From Phoronis australis (lineage: Eukaryota; Animalia; Phoronida), in the NCBI GenBank assembly GCA_002633005.1, contig NMRA01000258.1, forward strand, positions 269,126 to 333,125: a DNA stretch of 64,000 nt, written 5' to 3'. Under the pieces are notes generated by a model. It was not told the origin of the DNA. It did no database searches and worked only from the letters and a program-made list of their open reading frames with translations. This document shows, in pieces, positions 40,423 to 52,400 of this stretch (positions are counted from its first letter, which is position 1; every line of letters begins with the position of its first letter). Position numbers and translations under genes: made by a program.

Positions 40423-43400
40423 CATGCGTGCGTGCGTGTGTTTACACATATGCATAATTTATGAATATACATAATATATATATATTGAAGTACATGCAAA
40501 AATATAAAATTGCATCCAAAGGACATCACAGTAATTGGACTCATCCGAAATTCTACATTAGTCCCAATAGGAACTCATCTGCAAAATTTCATAAGGTAGG
40601 AACTGTGGCACATACAAAAACTAGTTATCCATTAGGGGGTGCCACAGTAGCAAAATAACCGTCAGCCATGTTGTTCTCAAAAAGGACACATCTGTGAAAT
40701 TTTATAATGACCCTTCCAGCAGTTTGGCAAGTAGAGAAACAGATGCCAAAAAACAGACGCAAAAACATTCAAAATGGCCACCAGGAGGTGCAGATTAAAT
40801 AGAATACATCTGAAAATGAGAAAGTCCATCGCCTCCAAACTAGAAAACTATATGTGCCAAATTTCATGAAAATCCCCCAAGGAACACGGTAGATAGAGGT
40901 TAACGTAAAAATATATGTGCAACTAGGAGGCACAGGGGTATAGTTGAATTCATTCAAAAATTTGATTGTGCCTTCTATGACAAAAACATGCTTGAAGCGG
41001 ACATGCCAAACGGACAGAGATGACATCATAATGTGCTCACATTATGTAGGAGCATAATAGTAACAATACAACCAGACTAAACGTTGCCAAATTATGAGGA
41101 GACCATGCCCTACCATAAACCCAGGCAATGACCAGGCTCTCTGTCAGCCCAATCAGCAATGTGGAGTAGGTAGCACTGTAGGAGTCAAACAACTGTAGTA
41201 CAAACATCCCTCCCTGAAATGAATGAAAACAATGGTGGTGAGGCACGGCTGAACACACCGCACCGTCAGAAGCTGTGTAGTTCCACTTGATAAGGATATT
41301 AGATTGAAGTGAAGCAGCAAGTATGAAGCTATAGTTTTACCATTCATATCAAATCACTCCACTCACATGGGTGACGTTCATGAATAGTTTCACAAAAAGG
41401 CTACATTTCAACACTAAGGCTTGTTTTTGAACTACAGAAATCTACAGATTTTTTTAACATTCAACAAACCAAAATATTTCACTGTTTATTACATTCGTAT
41501 AATGTTCATTCCACATACTGCCTGATGATGAGACATGCAGTCTCAAAATATAACTTGTGTTTTAGTTTCAAATTGTTTGTTTGTTATGTCTCTCGGTGCT
41601 TTGCTACATAACTGCACACCTGATGAAAGGACATTGTTTTGACACTACGAGCGACTGTGTATCAAGATTTCAAACAAAAAGTTTAGTCATGTTTCCAACA
41701 AAATTCTACACGTTAATAAAATTTTGCTTGCTGACAATTTTTTCATTTTGCAAAACATGGCAACTCTGTTCGTATACTGTTTCAGGCTTTAAAATAATCT
41801 AAAAATTCAGTTGCCAAAGAATACCTACATAAGGGTTTGGTTTGTGGAATTAACCAAATGCAAACGAGTGGTGTTCTTGCTCATAAACATTTAGTCTCAT
41901 GACTTCTCTGGAGGGGGATCAAAGAGTCCAGGTCTTCTGCATGTTGGTGATTAAGAGACGTAACTGAAGGTCCTGTTCTGATAATAGCGTACTGTACTGA
42001 CACAAGACTGAATTAGCAAGCCATACAAACTGACCCTTGAACAACAAAAGAGTCCCAGAGTGAAGCCAGCCAGACAGAGGGCTATCATCAGAAGGATGGG
42101 GCGCTTTCCACGCCGCAGTGTTGATGAGAACAGGTCCAGAAGTGTAGTATGTACTGTGATCACTACTGACATCTGTGGGTAAGTAATAAAAGCAATTATT
42201 AAATAAAATCATATGCTTAAGGGTTATTATTTAATGATAGACAATATATTTCATTTCATATGAGTTCAACACAGTTTACAAAAAGCAGAAAATAATGAAA
42301 ATATAGATAGAAAGGTAGACATTGTGATTGTCGCAAAGAAAACTAGGATTGCCACCAGGAGGCACTGTATCAGTGGGATTCATTTTATCATTGATGCCAG
42401 CCTTGCTCAGCTTTGTTTGCCATGATTCTTCGAGAGATTTGAAAGATAGAGAGTTGTATACCAAACGCGAATACTAAACTAATAAATTTTCTTCTGGGAC
42501 AGAGCACAAGTCTGAACTGTCAGAAGATGTGCAAGTGAAGATCAAAACGGAATAAAATCTTATCTAATTTCACAAACTTAAGATCTTTCATCAAACTTGG
42601 CAGAAATGGAGGCAAACACGATAAGTGAGCTGTAACTGCATGTACTCAGATAATAAATCACATGACATCCTAAGCACACTAGCGCTCCCTGCTGGTGAAC
42701 TGCATGTACTCAGATAATAAATCACATGACATCCTAAGTACACTAGCACTCCCTGCTGGTGAACTGCTTTCTGCTTTCAATCTAACCAGATGGTAAAAAG
42801 AGGGGGCATTTCTTCATTAGAATTATACCTTTTAAACATTGAATCGCACATGACCATATTGGAGGAACTGTAGACAGAAGCTTGTGTTCTAATTGATAAC
42901 TTTAGTTAAAATGCTCATCTGTTTTTAAGAAAAAACATCCAAAAACAACACTATGAACTTGTAGTAAATATAGCAAGGGCTACCTGGGTTCCAAGGCCAA
43001 GTGTGATTAACATAGCAAAGAAAAGTATGGCCCATAGAGGCGATGGAGGCAAGCTGGTCACCACCTGTGGGTAAACAATGAAGGCCAGACCAGCTCCTGT
43101 AATGATAAGATAAATGAAACAATGACAGTGAGTAAGTGATGGGCTGGAAGACATTGATCAATTTTATTTAACAGTAGAAGAGTCCTGCCAGTACCCGGAC
43201 GAAGGGCCCAGGACGAGCTCGAAAGCAAGGTCCGCAAACACTGTAGGTCACCGAAGTATTCTACTTGAAAAGCTTGTTGTATGCGCCACCTAGTAGAAGC
43301 AACAGTAAATGCATCAGACATACATAGGCTGTTCTGGCACTGTGGTATGACCATACAAATCCAGTTTTGTTAATTTGAACAAAGTAACTTATCGCTATGA

Positions 43401-46400
43401 ATGGAAGAAATGAGTGGAATGTATCTGGTTTCGTTGAAACTATGTCGAAATAAGTGAGAAACTAGTAATATGAGAAAGTTATTGTGAATCTTCAGAGAAT
43501 GGATCCACACTAAAAGACATCTGTGCTCAATCACAAGCCAGTCTCTCAATGACAAATCAAATGTGTAAACTGCACGTGAGTAAGAGTGGTACATGTAGTC
43601 TGTCATCAAAACAGTAGATTGGCACTTATTAGCTCAAAATATATGTGCAACCTGTCTCCGATAGAACCCAGGGACTGAGCAGTCAACTAGATTAATGTTA
43701 GCTTGTCAGCAATTTGGGCTGTGTCAGCTGTATGTTACGGTGGGTGGTTACTCATCTGTTATCCACATCACCTGAAAAGAATCCTACATTGATAGCCCCC
43801 ACTAGTCAAGTAGGGGCAACTCGACTGGTTCCCTATCTTTAAAATCCATCAGTATCTTCATAGAAATCATTCAGCATCAGCTGATGTTATCATTCAGTAA
43901 TCAGGCATGAAATTGTCCACCATAAACATGATTATAAACACTGGGGGTGACAAAAGCATTTAAATTTTTGAATTTTCAGTTTTCAAGTTTTTGAATAGCA
44001 TTTGAATACTAGTTTGTGCGAAGTATACATCGTTAAAGGTTAAATTTTGAAAATCAGACAAGAAATGTCACTTAATAAACCTATAACTGGAAAGTAGTCC
44101 ATGGATACATGCCACTTCATTAGTTCTGATGGGAACGCAATATAATGGGCCAATTACAAAGGGTCACAAACCAGCAGTTGGAAATGGTGGATAGCCAAGT
44201 GACATTGCACAATTCTAGTCGTATTTTGTCCTTCAATCATCATGTCATAAGACAGAAATGAACAACTATTCATGGGAGGGCAGGTCTAGACAAAACAAAG
44301 CAAAAAATAGTAACGAAGGTCAGTTATCAGCAACTAAACAGTCTCAAAGCACGCGTCCTTTTAATCTTTCAAGTCTTCCTGGAAAATGTTCAAGGTCAGT
44401 GTCATGAAGTTCAACTCTTGCTTGTTTACAGATTACAATGATCTTGTTCTGCTGAATGAAACTGAAAGCAAAACATTTTATAGTATTGTTACACCTACCC
44501 TCACTGGCTACCTTATCAATGGGCAGTTGTAGTTGATCAGCCATGTAACCAATCACAGAGAAGATGACAAACCCAGCATACACACTGGTGAAGCAGTTGC
44601 CAAATGAAACCACTATAGAGTCCCTAAAAATAACAAAAATACCAATTAAGCATAAATAATCCAGTAAAAAATACACAGAATGTCATGAAGAGACTGCACA
44701 AGGCACAGGACAAGCCAAAATGACCCAGAATTCCCCGTCATGATGACGGCAGAAGCCGAATTCATCATCAGAATAGTCTTCTGTCGTGACCGAGAATGAA
44801 GAGGAGTTATATAAGACGGCTAAGCCATTTAGTGATTAGAATTTTGCTGCCCTTATTTATTGCCAGTGGTTTAACAGAATTAGCCATCATGACAGAAAAA
44901 TGGTATTTTGTCTGATTACTTTCGTGTTATACTGTATTTCGGATGATTCAACTGATTCTGTGCATTGTGCGACAAATTATTTTCAGTGATTTTGTCATTT
45001 CAGCTATGGCGGAAGTACATGTAACAGACATTTCAAAGAAAATGATAATCAGTAACCAAGCGATATTTATCAGATGAGAGCATGTGACTGTTATACATAA
45101 TGAGGAGTGCCACACATGCAGTGTACTCACCTCAAGCAGTTGTTGTGGAACCTGTTGTAACTAGCCAGCGTGATTAAACCTCCCCAGCCGGGGGACAGAG
45201 AGAAAAATATCTGTACCGCAGCATCACCCCACACCTAGATAATACATAAGCACTTATAGTCAGCAATATTATTGGGCAGTGACAATGACAATGGTTGAGT
45301 GGAGCGATGAGTGTGGCTGACACGCCAAAATCCTTGCTCAACTGAAGGCAAAGGTACCTGTGCCTTCTGAGAGTCCTCCCAAGTGTCATCACCACGTCAA
45401 CCCACTCCTCTCCTGCACTGCCACAAGAAGCCAAAATTAATTTTTTGTGCTTATCTGTAAGTATCGCCTTATACGTTTCCCAACATACCATGTAGTTTTT
45501 CTTGGAATTAGACTAGCCAAAATAGAAGGGGCGTCAGGTAGTAAGCTCGTGACTCCCATGAATGATTTCCTGCGCTCAATTCTATGCTTGGGATCAACTA
45601 ATCCAAATTCTGCTTCCCACATCAAACACTGTATGAGTTAATGAATGGAGGGTAATTATTGGGTCAGATGAGGGTAATTATATGTTATTTAATAGTATTT
45701 TGCACAACTGGGTAGGGTCGATATTTGGCCCCAATATTGAGGCAAGTGTTCCACACACTTGATGATTATCATTACAGATTGGGCAAAATGACAAAGCTGG
45801 TCAATCTATGACTAAAATTATGCAGCAAATATAAATTAAGAATCACAATGAGATTAGTGTAACAGGGTTTAATGATCGACACTCTGGAACTTGTATTTGA
45901 ATGTGTTCTATAAAAGATTTGTGAAAAATCAACGAACGCCATTCGCATGTCAGAATTACAGCCAATCAGAGCTCTACACATTTTAAAGATGATAGTAACC
46001 TAGTAGGTGTAATTGATAACCACAGATCTCGGGCATATCAATTTTAAAGAGATGTACGATACATTACATTACATGTAATGATGCATACTTAAAATCGCAA
46101 GGTCAGGCTTCACTGTTTAATAATGATCAATACCAAAAAATTGAAAACCAAATCGCAACCGACATGCAGAAATCAACATTGATTAAACATGGTAATGCAA
46201 TTGGGTAGCATATTGAAAAAAAGAACCACTTTCCATTGCTAAACAAAAGATAGTGAGAATTGATACAATTTTGCTGTCAACTGATTGATGATAACTGCAT
46301 GGACTAGCCACCTACCTTAGCCGAAGCCAGTCTTTCCCACTGTGGTGTTACGTAGAACTTGATCCCCTCCAGTGCCCCCTTCAGTGTGGCTCCGCGCACC

Positions 46401-49400
46401 AATAAGATGGTCAATACAACATAGGGAAAAAACGCGGTGAAGTAGACAGCCTTGCCCGACGACTTGATACCTTTGATTACACAGAGCCCGACAAAAAACC
46501 AGGCTAAGAGGAGACATAGAGATAACTGCCATTTGAGCCCTCCAAGATCATGTAAACCATCGGTCAGCTCCAACACAAAGTTACTGAAAAGGACATTTGT
46601 GAAGTGACACGAATTTAATCAGACAAAGAAAGAAATTGAATGAAGACTAAGAAAATTTTTGCCTTATAGATTTAACGTGGGACCAGAAACAAAAAATTGG
46701 TTTTCTGTAATTAAACCGCTTAGAAAGAATTAAGAGCAGAACACAAAGAAGGTGACATGTACAATCTCCCATTATGTAACAGCAGTGACCATCAACAAAT
46801 ATTTAAAATGAATTGATGTTGCATATTAAAATATTCATTAGACTCCTGTCAGTAGGGTGTCTTCTTCAAAAAGCAGTATCTTGTGACATAATTCCCAGTC
46901 AAACTAGCATACAGAGAGCAATAAACCATGAACCAGCATTTGCGGTATAATAAATAAACTCTAACACAGAGCTTCATACTCTACCTCAAAAATAGCTACA
47001 GTTTTTCCAATGACATTGTTATTGTCAACAACCACTACTATGCACTGTGTCAAATGGTCATGTTCACTGCGACATTGGATTGAGAAACAAAGAGATATGG
47101 GGCCCGTTCCAAGAAACTTAAGTCTAATATTTGCCCCAACTTTAAACTTCCACATCTGGTAAGTTAGTCAAACACAAGACAAAACTTAACTCAAAAACAA
47201 TATTAACTCAAAAACTTATTAGTCAATGCCTCTGAACTTGGTCTGAATCAATGTAGGCAAGGGAATGAATTTGCCAATTATTAAATTGTCAATGATAATA
47301 CCCACCGGCTTAAATGTTCTATGTTTAATCTGGAAACTGACAATATATATTATAATTAAAAAATGTCAATTTACAAGAAATTGCAGACAATACTAACTGA
47401 AAATACTCATCACTAGGCATGCGCAGTTTCACTGCACCCTCAGTGAAGTTATTGGAGATGTTCTGCACATCCATGAACTCGATGGAGAGCGGGTCATAAC
47501 ACGTGCCATTGAAGTACGTCCCGTTGATTCTACTACAATTCTTCTCAGCTGCCATATGCAGAAGGTTGCATGCTGTAGAAGAAACAAATGAGTGTTCGCA
47601 TGTGGATGGATCTTTCTTCTAATTTTATTGATTTTAGTGCAAATGAGGATGTGAACTACTAAATCTTAAGCTTGAAACTTCATTTTCCATCAAAAATGAG
47701 TGAGTGATTCAGATTCAGTTCAGACAAAAACAAGTGGAAAAAAATGCAGAATATTGCACACACGCTAAATTTCCTTTTAAATGTGTGTAAAAATTTCAAA
47801 AAGTTGCCAGGCACCCTTTTATACTTATTTTGTTGTTGTCCCCATGCCTATATATGCTATGTCTCACCTTCAGTGTTCCAGTCATTGTCACAGTCAGCCC
47901 ACGGTAGGTTTGAAGTGAATGAAGCAAAGGTATAGTACAGAGCCAAGGCAATTACCGTGTTGTAGTACGTAGCAATGTAACATGACACTATGAACATGGC
48001 ATAGCCCACTCCTGAAAGTGAACAAAAGAGATATATATGAATTAAGGAGTCAACAATTTAATTCAGAATCCAGTTAATTACCATTAGTTATTCATTGTAG
48101 GAGATTTGTACAATATTTTCAATGGGCTGTGGGACACCAACATTTTAACAGAATAAAACCAGATAGCATACGCCTACATTATTCCAGCCAGCAGATAGTG
48201 AGCAAGATATATCCCACAATTCTCAGGTCATAAAAAGATGCAAACAAAAAGGCTCTGGAAGAATGAAATCAAGCAACAAATCCAAAGAACACACACCTAC
48301 CAAGCAAGACATGACGAGTACGATGTATCCCACAATTCTCTAACCATAAAAAGGTGTATGTACTAGATAGGAGCAATGAACAGACAGTAAACAAAAACAA
48401 CTTTGAGCAGACACTAGGAAAACAATATGATGCCGAAGCTCAACTTAAAAAATAACAATACTAAAATAAGCACTGCACAGCTACCTATACTTACCTGTGA
48501 ACAATGGACTGAGTTTCCATGCTGACACGACTCCAAGACTGGCAAACTGCCCAAAGGACATCTCCAGGAAAAACAATGGTAGGCCAATGAACACCAACAT
48601 GATTGTGTAAGGGATAAGGAACGCTCCTGTAATGAGAACATTAGACACCTAATGACAGGGTGAAGGGTTACGACCACCCTATTAGGAGAACATTTCACAT
48701 TAGGAACTCAAATTCAAAACAAAAAGACTCACACGATTATAAATTTCACAAGCTGGACCATTCTCCTAGCAGTCTAGCATCAGTAGTAGCCACCCATAGA
48801 GTCCCTATAGGGGATCTAGAACTCTTGATAGTACAGAGTTTTTTAATGATTTCATGTTGAAGTTGCCCCCTGAAGCATTTTGGCTGGGTTGTAGTCTTGA
48901 CAACCTTGAGCATTTTTAAACATGCTGTTTTTGCTTACAACTTATCACCAAGCACAAATGAAGATTATTTTGATGTTTTACCGACTCGGAAGTTCAAGGG
49001 AGGGATGCCCACAACTACTTTAGTCTCGAATTGGATTTCTGTATGTGTTCGACCGAAGGTTCCGATGGCTCAGTGGAATGGAACGTCTGCACGGTTAGCA
49101 GAAGGTCCCGGGTTAGAGTCCTGGTCAGAGTAAAAATCTTTTCAGACTTACTCCTGCTAAAACGCTGTCGAAAATTTTAAAAACAACCACAAGATGACGC
49201 AGAACCACCAAAGTCATCCAAAAATGAAAAGGTGATGTCGTCAATTAATAAAAAGCTATTTACCAAACTTCATGAAAATCCTACTAAGGACTCCAAAGAT
49301 AAAGAGGCAACTGTAAAAAACTAAAATTGCCACTAGGGGGCAAAGCGGTAGTCAAATCCACCCGAAACTCATTGTCATCTGTCATCAACTTCATACAAAC

Positions 49401-52400
49401 ACATTTTTCATATCTCATTGAGATGCTGCAAGGGGTTTAAGAGATACCCGTACCAAAAAAGGCCTTCCTTCAAACACTTGCCGTAAGCTTGCTGCAAAGT
49501 TGCAACTTTCCTGCGAACACTTTTTCATCAATGAAGTTTGCCGCAGCCCTTCCGCAAACACTTTTTGAATCACCAAGTTTGCCGCAACTTTCCTGCAAAC
49601 TTCAGTGTTTACAGCAAAGTTGCGACAATGTGTGCGGCTGAGTTGCGGCAAACTCCTGCAAACACTGCGGCTGGTATGCAAACAAAATTTTTGCTGCAAG
49701 CTTATGGCATGTTTGCTGCAAGCTTGCTGCAAACATGGTGTTTTGGTATGGGTACACGGACGGACGGACGGACGGACGCCGGACAGAGACGATGACAATA
49801 TGCACTCACAAATACTTGACATACCCTATGTGCTAAATAATCAGTTTGCAAGGTGTTGCATGAAAATTATGCAACTATTAGCTGCCATTATTTAAAATTC
49901 TGTTTCTGCTAGTAACTTCATCATGGAGTACTTCATATAGATAGATCAGGATATTTGCACTCATGCTTTTGTGGTCAATGAATTTACATCATAAATTTTG
50001 CTAATTTATACACATAAAAGTCATAATTGTTCATTTCGTATACTCCCCTCACACAAAGCCTTGTCCAAATAGATACAATCAATGGAAGTGATTCCAACAA
50101 TTCCAATTAATTGTAATGTTTCCACTGAGGGTCATGTAATTCATGGTAGTTTCAGTGTCTTGAAGGATACTCGGGGTGTTCCATTGAAACAGGAACCCCG
50201 GAGAGAAATACAAATCCCAGAGTCAAAAACAGACTCCCACAGCTTCAAAACAGCTAACCAACCCGAAAAACACGAACTCTGACCTTTAACACAGGAACCC
50301 GTGGATCAGACAGGAACCCGTAGATCAGACAGGAACCCGTGGATCAGACAGGAACCCGTGGATCAGACAGGAACCCGTGGATCAGACAGGAACCCGTGGA
50401 TCAGACAGGAACCCGTGGATCAGACAGGATCCCGTGGATCAGACAGGAACCCGTGGATCAGACAGAAAACCGAGAACCAAAACACCACTCCCCCACTTGT
50501 TTGATGAAAAACAAATTTTCCTACTTTAAATAGTTCTGATATATTAAATAGTTGCGGTGATACGTAGTTTTAGTATATGAGAATTTTATGCAACTTTTGA
50601 CGAATTGGCGTTCTACGTTATTCTGCTGCTAATGTTGTAGTGTGATCTTTTGCATAGCTTTTCGGAGCCACAAAATATTGCATCATCTATTAACCAGGTT
50701 CTTTTTCCCAATTCTTCAGTCAACTCCAGTCATGTAACAAAAACTATGAGGCTAGCTACTCATGGTGGACTTAATTTCCATCAACCATGCAATTTTATCG
50801 TTTAATATTCTTAATAATCTTTATTTTTGCAGAAAAAATTGATTACCATCAACAGAATTTTACTTGTAGGCCACACCGTATGTTAAATAAGTGAAGAATT
50901 TCAGTACACAACAGTACCAGAACTCAGAAACTGTGTGACTTAATTTCTATATTATTCTTCAAGTCAGCCATTCTAAATCAATAATGCCTCAATGCTTGAA
51001 ACAGCCTTCCCCTCTTATCTGTTGACCTCACCAGCCACGTGGTTATATTTACTGACAGGGGAGAGGGATGTATGTTAGCATATGAGGTATGTCTGTTGAC
51101 ATATGACTTCATTTAGTAGAGTTCAGCTGGCAATGTGCCAAGACAGTGTCAATGCACATTTAGTGAGTAATGGCAACCACAGAAATACATTGAATATATC
51201 TTCTGATTTTTCGTTAGTTTTATCACATGAAACTAGTGGTTAATTGTGCTTAAATATTAACTTGTTTATATCTTGACTCAAAACTAAATAAATAATTCTA
51301 TCTTTTTTATATAATAATTAAACGCACATGTTATAAAATTGTTTGTAATTCCCCTCAAAAGTTCTGAAGTTCAGTATAAGAAATAGAAGCAAAAGTCAAG
51401 GAACAATACAAGTCACTTTCCCATTAGGAGCAAAACTTCGTTTTTACTGAAGTTTCGATAAGTGGGAAAGGTTAACGTCTTAGGTAGTTAATCTGCAAGT
51501 TGAGGAGGCAGTGTGGCCTCGTTGATAAGTGCCCGCTTTCTTTACTCGAGGTCGTGGGTTCAAGTCCCACCAGGTCACACTACTAAACCCTTGAGCCAGG
51601 TTTCTAGCTTCTCAGCTCGGTTTTAACCATATGTTAATAAAGCATAAAAATATTTCCAGGTGATCAGTGCAATGGGCCCACATGCGAGGCCTGTGCACGT
51701 CTGGTACAACCTGGATCTGACTGCCTGCAATTATTTTTTAATAATCTGCAAGTGAAACTTTGCTTAAAATAGCAGGATTTAAAAGTGAAGCTTTGTTACC
51801 GTACTCACCGAAGCTTCGGTGTAGTGGGAACACTATAAGTGAAGCTTCAATGAAGTTATCAGTAAAGGTGACGCGGCAATGATATACGATCACGCGAGAC
51901 TTGCAAAACGTGTTCTTTTTTTGTTGTAGTGTAGCCGAAGCGCTCTCAATAGACGGACGTAAATAAATAAAAGAAACCATATTTGATGAAGAATGACACT
52001 GATCATTTTCATAAACAATCGTAAATGGCAGGCAAACCATTTTCAGTTAGCCTCAAACCCACTACTCAATATTCGTTTGAGAGTATGAATGAAGTGCGTC
52101 GATATCGCTCTGTAGTCAGAGAGGTAAGTTTTGGCGAAGCTTCGGCAAACCGAAGCTCTCCTAATGGGAAAGCGACCATAGAATCAACTATCCCCTTTAT
52201 GTTTTTATGGCTGAGAAATGAATTTTTGGAAAAATTGTTGGATGAGTTAGACTTCTTGATGTTATTAGCTTTGACCAGAGGTGTAAAAACAACAAAGTCT
52301 GTTGTTTATGTGATTATATTACAAATTGCCCACTCTCGCAGTTTGGCTGCCAGTCATTCACTCAAATCGAGACCAGTGATTTTATCAGTTAAATGTGCTT

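Noticed and set aside
49058-49131. Functional tRNA gene
   Set aside because: Mismatched acceptor stem, no U33 and TTA instead of TTC in the T loop; treated as a SINE head or pseudo-tRNA.
50291-50465. Regular repeat array as a possible CRISPR, or the repetitive ORFs over it
   Set aside because: The units are contiguous with no unique spacers, in a eukaryotic intron. It is a minisatellite and the ORFs are by-products.
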